Shown here piece by piece: positions 22,709-32,000 of a stretch of DNA of 32,000 nucleotides. The translations under genes were made by a program, and so were the position numbers. The notes under the pieces were generated by a model. It was not told the DNA's origin and did not search any database. It saw only the letters and a list, made by a program, of their open reading frames with translations. Source of the DNA: Thermodesulfobacteriota bacterium (GTDB lineage: Bacteria; Desulfobacterota; Desulfarculia; JACQYL01). Within the stretch, counting starts at the first letter, position 1; every line of letters begins with the position of its first letter. The stretch is taken from contig CAXXLZ010000002.1 of NCBI GenBank assembly GCA_963675595.2, forward strand, positions 3,931,900 through 3,963,899, given 5' to 3'.

Positions 22709-23623
22709 TTAGAGCAGTTTTCTCGCCAGGTTTTCGATCAGCTCTCGGTTCTCCAGTTTTTCCCGCCACAACAAAGGAACGGCGTCCACACCAAGGTAGG
22801 CCCCGGAGAGTGCGCACGCCATGGCCCCCAGTGTGTCGCGGTCTCCGCCGTTCAGGATCGCGCAGAAAAGGCAGTCCTCAAACGACATGGGATACCTGAG
22901 AAAGGCATAGAAAGCGAACGGCAAGGATTCATTCACCGCGACGGAACGGCCGAGGGCGTTCGCCGCCGGTTCCGCATCGGAGCTTTCGCTTACCAGCTCC
23001 GCCAAACGTTCCATTTTTTCCCGCATCTGTTGGGTTTTCGGGAATCTCACGAGGCTGTTCAGAAAACGATCGGTGGGGAAAGGGTGGTCGGGGTCGATCT
23101 TTACCGCTTCGCCCACGGCGAAAGCCAGTGTGGCCGCACCGTCCATCCCTACGGGGTGGGTGTGCGTCACCCTCGCGGAAGCACACGCCTCATCGTAGAG
23201 TAACCGAGAATCGTGGTAAAATAGCCCGACGGGCGACACACGCATGGCGGCGCCGTTTCCGAAGGAGCCTGCGCCCCCGAACAAGCGCGCCGCCGCTTCG
23301 GGGTATGGAATTCCTTGTGAAGCCACGATTTGGAAGATCATGGGCGGCCCCGGGGCGTAGCCCCTCCATGGCTCCGCATCGTAATTTCGCCGGAAAACGT
23401 CCCCCAGCCGCTGGACGTCGATCTTTCGGACTTGGCCCAGCGTTTCGGCGATCCCCAAAGCCATGGCCGTGTCGTCGGTATATCGCAGAACGGGAATCTC
23501 TTCCAGAACCGAGGTCAATTTGGCACGATCGGGACACTCAAAGGCCATCTCGCCGATGGCGTCTCCGATTCCGGATCCAAGCATGGAACCCAGGAACTTG
23601 GATTCAAGATCGGGTCGGTGCAT
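22709..23623 (-). CDS. ADP-ribosylglycohydrolase family protein (DraG/ARH-like)
   Basis: FLGSMLGSGIGDAIGEMAFE, YTDDTAMALG, SFGNGAAMRVSPVG and a C-terminal GGDRDTLGAMACALSGAY motif, all characteristic of PF03747. The ATG at 23623 is preceded by AAGGAG. The ORF-track extension to 23728 is low-complexity. Confidence 0.9.
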   Translation of the reverse strand: MHRPDLESKFLGSMLGSGIGDAIGEMAFECPDRAKLTSVLEEIPVLRYTDDTAMALGIAETLGQVRKIDVQRLGDVFRRNYDAEPWRGYAPGPPMIFQIVASQGIPYPEAAARLFGGAGSFGNGAAMRVSPVGLFYHDSRLLYDEACASARVTHTHPVGMDGAATLAFAVGEAVKIDPDHPFPTDRFLNSLVRFPKTQQMREKMERLAELVSESSDAEPAANALGRSVAVNESLPFAFYAFLRYPMSFEDCLFCAILNGGDRDTLGAMACALSGAYLGVDAVPLLWREKLENRELIENLARKLL

Positions 23624-23852
23624 AGGTGCTCCTTTCGTTCTGATGAACCGGAACAAGGGACCCGCTGCCGAATGCGGGGCCCGCCCGAGGCGGGCCGGTG
23701 GGATGATTCTTAGTGTTTGACGGATCATTGCAGAATTCCTTTCCGGTGTCCATGGATTCCGGAAACACGGGTGCCCGGAGCCGGCTTAATGAGTCCGGGC
23801 TCGCGAACGAGTAACGCGCTGTTTGGAATAGGCACAACGTGCCGGCGGAGGG

Positions 23853-26800
23853 ATGATCTTGCTCAAAACCTACGTGAGTAATCGTCAGGAACTACTGCTG
23901 GACCGTTTGGTCCAAGTGCTGGAAGCTCCATCTCCGTCCGTACTTTGTCCGGAAGTGATTCTAGTGCAAAGCAAGGGAATGGAACGCTGGATCTCTCTCG
24001 AATTGGCTGCTCGGTGGGGGATTTGCGCCAACTGCAGATTCCTGTTTCCCAACACCCTGGTCGAAGAAGTATTCGAGGCTTATTTCTCCGGATCCTCACA
24101 AGATGATGGGTTTTCCAAGGACAGGCTCGCTTGGCGGATCATGGGACTTCTTCCCACGTTGTCCAAGGAACGAGCCTTTGAGGACATACGCCGATACCTG
24201 TCCGAAGATCCTACCGGACTGAAGCTGTACCAGGTATCTGCGAAGGTTGCCGATCTGTTCGATCAATATCTGACCTTTCGCCCCGACATGCTCCTCAAGT
24301 GGGAAAGGACCCGAGATTCCAGCTGGCAAGCCGTGCTTTGGCGCAAGATCGTGGGTGATTCCACGGGCACGCACCGAGCAGCTCTCTTGGAACGCTTTCT
24401 GGAATGCGCGGCGCGTGGGGAGACTCCCGGGTCCCACCTGCCGGTGAGGATCAGTGTTTTCGGTATTTCCTACTTGCCCGGGTTCCACCTTGAGGTGCTC
24501 AATGCGATTTCCAGGTTTTCCGATGTCCACTTCTTTCTGATGAATCCGTGCAAGGTCTACTGGGGAGATATTCGGTCGAGCCGTGAAATCGCGGGCATCG
24601 AAGCCGCGGCGGGACGGAAGGAGCAATCGGAGCCGGAGCTTCACTTCGAGGAAGGAGCCCTGCTTCTGGCCTCTCTCGGGGTTCATGGAAGGGAGTTCTT
24701 CAATCTGGTCCAGGACATGGACGTGACGGAAGAATCGCAGGATTTCGAGGATCCCGGGACCGACACTCTCTTGGCGAAAACTCAGTCCGAGATTCTCAAC
24801 TTGGGGGACGGAGAAGTTCAAGAGCCTTCCAGCGTTCCGCTCTCTCCGCCGGACCATTCCATCGCGATACATTCGTGCCACAGTCCCATGAGGGAAATCG
24901 AAGTGCTTCACGACGCGCTTCTTTCCCTTTTCCAGTCCAATCCGGAACTCCGGCCCGAAGATGTGGCCGTCATGACGCCCGACATCGATATCTATGCCCC
25001 TTTCATACGGGCGGTGTTCGACGCTCCCGAAGAGGTCGACGAGAGGATTCCGTACACGGTTGCCGACCGCAGCCTAAGAAATGAGGGGCGGCTCGCGGAA
25101 CCGTTTTTGGCTCTATTGGCGCTATGGGAAGGCCGCCTTGGGGTATCGGAGGTTCAGGCCATTGCCGAGGCGCTCCCCGTCCGACAAAGATTCGGATTTT
25201 CCGAAACGGACATGGAATTGCTCGCGCGGTGGGTTTCGGAGACGGGAATACGATGGGGACTGGACGGAGAGGAGCGGGCACGCTTGGGGTTGCCGCGAAC
25301 GGAGGAGAACACCTGGAGAGCGGGCTTGGACCGACTTCTGTTGGGCTTGGCCATGCCGGACGGACAGGGTTGTGAATTCGCCGGCATTATCCCCTATGAC
25401 GCAATCGAAGGTGCTTCGGCGTCGATCCTGGGTGCGTTTCTTGAATTTGCCGAACGGTTGTTCCGATGGCGAGCTCAATCGGGTGAAGCAAAGACCCTCG
25501 AAGAGTGGGGGCGGCTTCTCTTGGAGGTACTGGATGCTTTTTTCGAGCCCTCGGCGGAAACCGAAAGGGAAATGCAGACCATCCGAGGAATGATCCAACG
25601 CCTTTCGTCGCAGCAGGCGGACCTGGGCGAGGGACACAAAGTGGGCCCCACCGTGGTTTCGGCTTTTTTTAAACAGCGTTTCCAGGGAGAGTATCTTGGA
25701 TCCGGTTTTCTAGGTGGAGGGGTGACTTTCTGCTCCATGCTTCCCATGCGCAGCATTCCTTTTGAGGTAATCTGCCTGTTGGGAATGGACTCGGAGGCTT
25801 TCCCCAGGAAGTCCAAAGTCATGGAATTCGATCTCATCGCCAGGCATCCCCGACCGGGTGACCGATCCCGAAGGCATGACGATCGCTATTTGTTCTTGGA
25901 AACTCTGTTGTCGGCGCGCCGCAAGCTTCACATCAGCTATGTGGGGCAGAGAATCCAGGACAACGAAGAGATTTCACCTTCCGTGGTGGTCAGCGAGCTG
26001 CTTGATTCCCTGCAACGAACCATCGGAGAGGCGCATGAGGCGACGGTGGAAAGACTCATAGTGACCAAGCATCGTCTTCAGGCCTTCAATCCCGCCTATT
26101 TCCGAGAAGAGGGAAACCTGTTCAGCTATTCCAAGGTCAATTGCCGCGCCGCGCAAAGCCTGAACTCCATTCATGAACTCCCGCCGTTCTTTGGTGTGCC
26201 TTTGGATGAGCCCGGAGAAGAATGGAGAACCGTCGACCTGGACTTCCTGTGCGATTTCTTCTCCAATCCCTGCAAAGTGCTGCTGAAGAATCGGCTGGGG
26301 GCGGCACTCGAAGAAGAGGTTCCGAGTCCCGAAGATCGAGAGGTTTTCGCTCTGGACGCCCTTCAAGCCCACAAGGTCCGGGAGGAAATGTCGCGGGCGT
26401 TGTTGGCCGGGGAAGCGGAGCAGGACGTCTTGCGGCGCATGGTCAAGTTAGGACGACTGCCACACGGCGTTGTGGGATTGTGCGGGTTCGACAGGCTGAA
26501 GTGGGAAGTAAAGGCATTCGTGGAACGAGTTCGGGAGAGCATGACGGAAGAAAGACCTCCCATGGAAGTGGATATGACATTCAATCATTTTCGTCTGGTC
26601 GGCGGGATTCGGGGAATTCGTGGGCAGGGACTGGTTGGATTTCGTTGCGCCAAAATCAAGCCCAAAGATCGTCTGCGCATGTGGATTCGCCACTTGGTTT
26701 TGTGTGCGCTGAGCGTCGAACCGCCTTACTCGGAAAGCTTGCACATTGGGCTGGACCTGACCTGCGGATATGCTCGACCGCAAGATCCCCGCGCCGTTTT

Positions 26801-27098
26801 GGCCTCACTTTTGGAGCTTTACGGGGAGGGGCTCCGCCGGCCTATTCCCTTTTATCCCGTCGCCTCCTTCACCTACGCCGCTGAGCGCCTTAAGGACAAG
26901 AGCTCGGAAGCGAAGGCTTTGCGAAAGGCATTGAGAGAATGGGTGAGCGGAGACTTTCCAGGTCAACAAGGAGAAGATCGGGACCCGTATTTCGATGCGT
27001 GCTTTCGCGATAAGATTCCGCTGGGCGACGAGTTTCGGAGCTTGGCCGAACGGATATTCTTTCCCATGCTGGAGCATGAAAGGGAACTCAAAGCATGA
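23853..27098 (+). CDS. recC: exodeoxyribonuclease V gamma subunit RecC
   Basis: 1081 aa. N-terminus LKTYVSNRQELLLDRLVQVL is typical of RecC. The size and its position immediately upstream of recB, overlapping it (ATGA at 27095-27098), support the call. Confidence 0.9.
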   Translation: MILLKTYVSNRQELLLDRLVQVLEAPSPSVLCPEVILVQSKGMERWISLELAARWGICANCRFLFPNTLVEEVFEAYFSGSSQDDGFSKDRLAWRIMGLLPTLSKERAFEDIRRYLSEDPTGLKLYQVSAKVADLFDQYLTFRPDMLLKWERTRDSSWQAVLWRKIVGDSTGTHRAALLERFLECAARGETPGSHLPVRISVFGISYLPGFHLEVLNAISRFSDVHFFLMNPCKVYWGDIRSSREIAGIEAAAGRKEQSEPELHFEEGALLLASLGVHGREFFNLVQDMDVTEESQDFEDPGTDTLLAKTQSEILNLGDGEVQEPSSVPLSPPDHSIAIHSCHSPMREIEVLHDALLSLFQSNPELRPEDVAVMTPDIDIYAPFIRAVFDAPEEVDERIPYTVADRSLRNEGRLAEPFLALLALWEGRLGVSEVQAIAEALPVRQRFGFSETDMELLARWVSETGIRWGLDGEERARLGLPRTEENTWRAGLDRLLLGLAMPDGQGCEFAGIIPYDAIEGASASILGAFLEFAERLFRWRAQSGEAKTLEEWGRLLLEVLDAFFEPSAETEREMQTIRGMIQRLSSQQADLGEGHKVGPTVVSAFFKQRFQGEYLGSGFLGGGVTFCSMLPMRSIPFEVICLLGMDSEAFPRKSKVMEFDLIARHPRPGDRSRRHDDRYLFLETLLSARRKLHISYVGQRIQDNEEISPSVVVSELLDSLQRTIGEAHEATVERLIVTKHRLQAFNPAYFREEGNLFSYSKVNCRAAQSLNSIHELPPFFGVPLDEPGEEWRTVDLDFLCDFFSNPCKVLLKNRLGAALEEEVPSPEDREVFALDALQAHKVREEMSRALLAGEAEQDVLRRMVKLGRLPHGVVGLCGFDRLKWEVKAFVERVRESMTEERPPMEVDMTFNHFRLVGGIRGIRGQGLVGFRCAKIKPKDRLRMWIRHLVLCALSVEPPYSESLHIGLDLTCGYARPQDPRAVLASLLELYGEGLRRPIPFYPVASFTYAAERLKDKSSEAKALRKALREWVSGDFPGQQGEDRDPYFDACFRDKIPLGDEFRSLAERIFFPMLEHERELKA

Positions 27099-30000
27099 AT
27101 CCGGAGATGCGGAACGGCAAACGGAACAGCGCGGTCGGGCAAGAGGAGTTGGATCTGTTTGCCGCCCCGTTGGAGGGGGTCAATCTCATCGAGGCTAGTG
27201 CGGGGACGGGGAAGACTTTCGCCATCGCCGCGCTTTACCTTCGCCTGATACTGGAGAGGGAACTGAGCGTCGACCGGATTCTGGTTGTGACGTTCACCAA
27301 GGCGGCCACCGATGAGTTGAGGAGTCGGATTCGAAAGCGTCTTGTCGGTGCCTTGAAGGTCATGGAGGGAGGATCCTCGGATGACCCTTTCGTTGTTCGA
27401 TACCTGCAAGGAGGTTCCGTAACCTCCCTGTCGATAAGGCTGCTGCGAAACGCCATTGTGAATTTCGACGAAGCGGCGATCTTTACCATTCATGGATTTT
27501 GTCGACGGGTGCTGCAGGAAAACGCTTTTGAAAGCGGAAGCCCCTTCGACACCGAGCTGGTGTCGGACCAAAACGACTTGGCCCGAGAGGCGGCGGAGGA
27601 CTTCTGGCGTTCCCACATGTACTCGGCTCCGTACGATTTCGTCCATTTCGTCACGAATTGCAGGAACACCGGGGTCGAGACTTTCGTAGGTCTGGCGAAC
27701 GATTACGGCTCCAAATGGGATTTAAAGGTTCTTCCGGACCCGATTGCCGGCGTGGAGCGGGTGGAACCCTCGCTTTTTCAACCCGTCCGCCTTGCGGCGG
27801 CCCAACTGGGCGACCTCTGGAGAGGGAGAAGGAGCGAGATTGCGGAGGCCGTGAAGTCACCGGCCATGAACGGAAATCTTTACAGAAAGAGCAGTATTCC
27901 GTTTTGGATTAAAGAAATGGACGCTTATTTCGACCGAGACCCCTTCGTTCCATTTCCGCTTCCCAAATCTCTGACTAAGTGGACGGCCGAGTCCATTGCG
28001 GGAGGAACAAAAAAGAACCAAAAACCTCCCGAACATCCGTTCTTTCATGCCTGCGGCGATTACCTGCGGGAGGCCTCGGCGCTGGAAACCGTATTGGACG
28101 AGGTGCTGCTGGGATTGAAAGTCAAATTCCTGAGAGGATTGAAGGAGGAACTCGATTTCAGGAAGGAGCGGAGGAACCTTCAGCACTTTGATGACCTATT
28201 GCTGAAGGTTCGAAAATCTCTGGCTCAGGGCGGAGGCTCGCCTTTGGGAAAAGCGGTGCGCGGAAAATTCGCGGCGGCGCTTGTGGATGAATTTCAGGAC
28301 ACGGATCCGGTTCAATATGCTATTTTTCGTACCGTTTTCGCAAAAGGCCGAAAGCCTTTGTTCCTGATCGGCGATCCGAAGCAGGCTATTTATAGTTTTC
28401 GTGGCGCAGACCTGTATTCCTACCTTAAAGCTTCGGGACAAGTGGACCGTAGGTTCACTTTGCCCGTCAATCGGCGCTCCGTGCCGGGCTTGATCGAGGC
28501 GGTGAACACCTTGTTCTCGGCAGTCCCCAATCCCTTTCTGTATCAGGAGATCGCGTTTCATCCCACCAGGCCCCCGGAGGCCGGACTTCCCCGCCTGCTC
28601 ACGGAGAGCGGTGAGACCGGAAAGCCCCTGCAACTTTGGATTGTGGATTCGGAGAGCGACAAGGCGGAATCGGGACTTACGGAAAAAGAGAGTGATGTTT
28701 TGTCCGCGGTCGTCGGAGACGATGTCGATATCCGAATCTGTGATGCGGTGGCGGTCGAAATCCACCGCCTGCTTACCGGAGCGCGTGAGTCTCGAATCCT
28801 TTTGGGCGGTGAGCCGTTGAAGGAAAGCGACATCGCCGTGCTGGTACGTACCCACATTCAGGCGCGCAAAGTTCAGAAGGCCCTGAACGGGGTGGGGATC
28901 AACAGTGTGCTGTATAAGCAAGGGAACGTTTTTGCTTCAAGAGAATCGGAAGAGCTCTGTCGGGTAATGGAGGCGGTTCTGGAGCCCGCCGCGAGCCGGG
29001 TGCTTAAAGCGGCTCTCATTACGCGACTTCTGGGGTTGAACGGAGAGGACCTGGGAGCTTTCCACGAAGAAGATGCCGATTGGAGCGGGTGGGTTTCCAG
29101 GTTCAGCGAATACCGAGAACTTTGGGTTCGTTTCGGCTTCGCACGTATGTTCCGCACCTTGCTTCTGAGAGAGGGTATTCGAGAGTGTCTAGTGGCGAGG
29201 ACCGGGGGCGAGAGGGCTCTGACCAATCTTCTCCACTTGGCGGAATTGCTGCAGGAACAAGAAACAGGATCGAGCCTGCCTCCTCGGGGACTACTCAAAT
29301 GGTTTTACGAGAAGCGACACGAGGACACGGCCTTGGAGGAACACGAGCTTCGTCTGGAAAGTGACGAGCGGGCGGTTAATGTGGTCACGATTCACAGAAG
29401 CAAGGGGCTCGAGTTCCCGGTGGTCTTCTGCCCATTCACTTGGGATGCTTCGGTCGAAAGCCGGAATCGGAGAATCATTTTTCACGATGCGCAAGACCAT
29501 GATCGGCTGACTGCGGACTTGGGATCTCGGGAGCGAAATCGTCATCTTGCGCAATCGCTCAAAGAAAATCTCGCTGAAGACGCTCGGCTCCTATATGTGG
29601 CGCTGACTCGAGCCGTAGCGCGTTGTTACCTGATCCAACCGAAAGGAGTGAGACTGAGGATTTCCGCGCAGGCGCTGCTCTCGGCGGGACCCGATCCTCT
29701 CGACCCGGAGGATCCCGTAGCCGACCTCTCAGCCCGGACGACGCAACTGGGAAGCGAAGGATTGGCGGCCAACCTGGAGAACCTGGCTCGTCGCGCACCT
29801 CTAAGCATGGAGGTGACTCATCCACGCCGGGAGGTAACGGGCAAGATGCCGCCTGTGACGGACGGGAGGCCTGTTCTCGTCTGTCGTGAATTCACGGGAA
29901 GCATTGTGAGGGATCGCCGACTGCTTAGTTTTACCTTCCTGGCCACCCGGGCGGAGGCCGAACCCGATCTGCCCGAACACGATGCCTTGCCCGCTCCGGA

Positions 30001-30793
30001 GGAGCGAGAGGAGATCGAAGAATCGGGGGAAGACCCGGACGAACGTTCCATCTTTCGCTTTCCCAAAGGAGCGGTTACGGGGAACTGTTTTCATGAGATT
30101 CTCGAGCGACTGGATTACACGGACGCTGATTCTCCCTCCGTGAAAGAACTCATTGCGGAAACATTGGACAGTTACGGATTCGACGATTTTTGGCTGGACT
30201 CCGTATTTCGGATGGTACGCAACGTAATCGAGGTGCCCCTGGTCCGCGGTCGCTCCGATTTCTCTTTGTCACTGATCGATCGCCGGCATCGGGTCAACGA
30301 GATGGAATTCACCTTTCCGTTGGATGGTTTCTCATCCAAAGGCCTAAAAGAGGTCCTTCGTTCGGTAAGTCGGGACACGGAACACGCCTTGGGGGTCGTC
30401 GATGTTTTGGAACGACTAGAGTTCTCTTCGTGCAGCGGTTTCATGAGGGGGTTTGTTGATCTGGTTTTCGAATTGGACGGGCGGTTCTTCTTGGTGGACT
30501 GGAAGACCAATCACCTCGGGAACCGCATCGGCGAGTACGGTACGCAAGCCCTGGAGTCCGCCATGATTCGGGAATTATACGTGCTTCAATACCTGATCTA
30601 TACGGTGGCCGTGGATCGTTATCTCGCCCGGCGCCTTCCGGGATACCGTTATGAAGAGCACTTCGGAGGCGTGTTCTATTTGTTTCTCCGTGGTATCGAC
30701 GCCCGGGTCGGGCCGGATTTCGGGGTGTATGCCGACCGACCATCGGCAAGGTTGGTGGCCGGGTTGTCCGAAGCGTTTGGGGGATACGGATAG
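27095..30793 (+). CDS. recB: exodeoxyribonuclease V beta subunit RecB (UvrD-type helicase + PD-(D/E)XK nuclease)
   Basis: LIEASAGTGKTFAIAALYLRLIL (motif I), LVDEFQDTDPVQY (motif II), FLIGDPKQAIYSFRGAD, TIHRSKGLEFPVVF. C-terminal nuclease block GFMRGFVDLVFELDGRFFLVDWKTN. Confidence 0.95.
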   Translation: MNPEMRNGKRNSAVGQEELDLFAAPLEGVNLIEASAGTGKTFAIAALYLRLILERELSVDRILVVTFTKAATDELRSRIRKRLVGALKVMEGGSSDDPFVVRYLQGGSVTSLSIRLLRNAIVNFDEAAIFTIHGFCRRVLQENAFESGSPFDTELVSDQNDLAREAAEDFWRSHMYSAPYDFVHFVTNCRNTGVETFVGLANDYGSKWDLKVLPDPIAGVERVEPSLFQPVRLAAAQLGDLWRGRRSEIAEAVKSPAMNGNLYRKSSIPFWIKEMDAYFDRDPFVPFPLPKSLTKWTAESIAGGTKKNQKPPEHPFFHACGDYLREASALETVLDEVLLGLKVKFLRGLKEELDFRKERRNLQHFDDLLLKVRKSLAQGGGSPLGKAVRGKFAAALVDEFQDTDPVQYAIFRTVFAKGRKPLFLIGDPKQAIYSFRGADLYSYLKASGQVDRRFTLPVNRRSVPGLIEAVNTLFSAVPNPFLYQEIAFHPTRPPEAGLPRLLTESGETGKPLQLWIVDSESDKAESGLTEKESDVLSAVVGDDVDIRICDAVAVEIHRLLTGARESRILLGGEPLKESDIAVLVRTHIQARKVQKALNGVGINSVLYKQGNVFASRESEELCRVMEAVLEPAASRVLKAALITRLLGLNGEDLGAFHEEDADWSGWVSRFSEYRELWVRFGFARMFRTLLLREGIRECLVARTGGERALTNLLHLAELLQEQETGSSLPPRGLLKWFYEKRHEDTALEEHELRLESDERAVNVVTIHRSKGLEFPVVFCPFTWDASVESRNRRIIFHDAQDHDRLTADLGSRERNRHLAQSLKENLAEDARLLYVALTRAVARCYLIQPKGVRLRISAQALLSAGPDPLDPEDPVADLSARTTQLGSEGLAANLENLARRAPLSMEVTHPRREVTGKMPPVTDGRPVLVCREFTGSIVRDRRLLSFTFLATRAEAEPDLPEHDALPAPEEREEIEESGEDPDERSIFRFPKGAVTGNCFHEILERLDYTDADSPSVKELIAETLDSYGFDDFWLDSVFRMVRNVIEVPLVRGRSDFSLSLIDRRHRVNEMEFTFPLDGFSSKGLKEVLRSVSRDTEHALGVVDVLERLEFSSCSGFMRGFVDLVFELDGRFFLVDWKTNHLGNRIGEYGTQALESAMIRELYVLQYLIYTVAVDRYLARRLPGYRYEEHFGGVFYLFLRGIDARVGPDFGVYADRPSARLVAGLSEAFGGYG

Positions 30794-30882
30794 TTGGATG
30801 GACTCCCTGCTGATCGTGCCGTCCTTTCATTCCTTACCGGCCGTTGCGACGCCGTGACGGAGACCCTACCGACGGGAACTGT

Positions 30883-32000
30883 ATGGATCTGGATGCTCTT
30901 ACATTCTTGAGTTCATCGGGACTATTGTCCCCTCTTGACGTTCATTTCGGCCGTTTCATCGCCGGGAAGCACATTCCCGGGGGGATATGCGCCTATGCCG
31001 GGATGGCCGGAGCTTTGGCCGGAAGATACACCGGCATGGGGAACGTGTGTGTGGACTTGAAGCGGCTTTCCGGCCGATTGTGGCCTCCCGACGCCGCCCC
31101 TTCGGAGGGCGTGCGATTGCCGGACTTCAGCGTCTGGCGGAGACGTTTGTTGGAAGGTGAGGCCGTGGGGCGTCCGGGAGAAAGAAAGCCTTTGATCCTG
31201 GATTCGAAGGGGCGGCTGTATCTGTTTCGATACTGGAATTATGAAAGGCGGCTTGCCGAGGCCATTCTTGGACTGGCGGCGGAACCCGTCCGGGTTCCGG
31301 ACGTGGACGGGCTCAAGGAGGGATTGTTACGCTTGTTTCCTTCCGACGGGGTTGAAGAGACGGACCGGCAGCAAGTGGCTGCGATGTGCGCTTTGACCCG
31401 GAGGTTCTGCGTGATTACCGGAGGGCCGGGTACCGGCAAGACCACGACCGTGGCCAAGATTTTGGCGCTGTTTGTCGAGCGGCAACCGGAGATCGCCGCG
31501 AAGATCGCATTGGCGGCGCCTACGGGTAAGGCTGCGGCCCGGTTGAAAGAGTCTCTTCGATGGGCCGTGAGCGGGCTTGATTGCCGAAAAGAGGTGGTTG
31601 AAGCCGTCCCCATGGAGGCGTGCACGATTCACCGCCTTCTAGGAAGTCGTGTGGGCACTCCTTATTTTCAACACCACAAGGAAAACCCTTTGTCCAAACA
31701 GCTCGTCATCGTGGACGAGGCTTCCATGGTGGACCTGCCGCTGATGTCCAAACTCATTCAGGCCCTTCCGGAACAGGGTCGTCTGATTCTTCTGGGAGAC
31801 AAGGACCAATTGGCCTCGGTTGAAGCGGGCGCGCTGTTGGGAGATATTTGCTCGGACGAAGCAACGGACTGTTTCTCCGAAGGATTCGAAAGGCTGTGCC
31901 GATCCCTTACGGGAAGGCCGCTTTCCGGATGGGTGCGTCGGGAGGACCAAAGTGGATTGTGCGACGGCATCGTCGAACTCACGCGGAATTACAGGTTTTC
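30883..32000 (+). CDS. recD: exodeoxyribonuclease V alpha subunit RecD (5' part; runs off the window end)
   Basis: Absent from the ORF track because no stop codon is reached. My translation from the ATG at 30883 gives MDLDALTFLSSSGLLSPLDVHFGRFI..., VITGGPGTGKTTTV (Walker A), LAAPTGKAAARL, TIHRLLG, LVIVDEASMVDLPLM and LILLGDKDQLASVEAG. An in-frame TTG at 30844 is an alternative start. Confidence 0.9.
   Translation, partial: MDLDALTFLSSSGLLSPLDVHFGRFIAGKHIPGGICAYAGMAGALAGRYTGMGNVCVDLKRLSGRLWPPDAAPSEGVRLPDFSVWRRRLLEGEAVGRPGERKPLILDSKGRLYLFRYWNYERRLAEAILGLAAEPVRVPDVDGLKEGLLRLFPSDGVEETDRQQVAAMCALTRRFCVITGGPGTGKTTTVAKILALFVERQPEIAAKIALAAPTGKAAARLKESLRWAVSGLDCRKEVVEAVPMEACTIHRLLGSRVGTPYFQHHKENPLSKQLVIVDEASMVDLPLMSKLIQALPEQGRLILLGDKDQLASVEAGALLGDICSDEATDCFSEGFERLCRSLTGRPLSGWVRREDQSGLCDGIVELTRNYRF

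Noticed and set aside
22582-23203. + strand ORFs (105 and 191 aa) in and beyond the 22.4-22.7 kb gap
   Set aside because: Both are mostly antisense to the strongly supported ADP-ribosylglycohydrolase gene and show no motifs. The gttcgaa T-loop-like string near 22660 has no surrounding tRNA cloverleaf.
1-32000. Scan for CRISPR arrays, rRNA/tRNA genes, IS elements, integrases or prophage genes
   Set aside because: I found no regularly spaced repeats, no cloverleaf-compatible segments, and no transposase, integrase or phage motifs in any of the supplied frames. The only repeat I could verify by eye is the 19-20 nt pair at 6806-6917.

Overview
GC-rich bacterial chromosomal window. I see no rRNA, tRNA, CRISPR array, transposase or integrase. 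I can support 20 CDSs, 19 of them on the + strand. In order: (1) a membrane-anchored octahaem HAO-type cytochrome c with extra fused domains; (2) a YkgJ-type CxxCxxCC protein translationally coupled to adenosine deaminase; (3) after an AT-richer spacer, an ABC/SMC-type ATPase with degenerate catalytic motifs, an HD-GYP phosphodiesterase and a HAMP class III nucleotide cyclase; (4) a tight same-strand cluster at 8.7-15.7 kb of ketoacyl synthase, CrtI-like FAD oxidoreductase, two B12-binding radical SAM enzymes and a DHH-CBS protein, which looks like an uncharacterised lipid-type biosynthetic cluster; (5) directly downstream, a 1063-aa single-ORF fusion of a radical SAM/SPASM-like domain, an ArsM-like SAM methyltransferase and a Cys-rich C-terminal domain, which I consider the most unusual object in the window; (6) a molbindin (Mop/TOBE) gene behind a structured leader, a DUF4213/DUF364-type protein, a secreted protein and a small acidic protein with three Cx4C repeats; (7) an ADP-ribosylglycohydrolase on the - strand, divergent from a recC-recB-recD operon that runs off the window end. 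The gene content (multihaem cytochrome, many B12-radical SAM enzymes) suggests an anaerobe of the Desulfobacterota/Thermodesulfobacteriota type, but taxonomy cannot be established here. All functional calls rest on motifs read by eye from the supplied translations. No database search was run.
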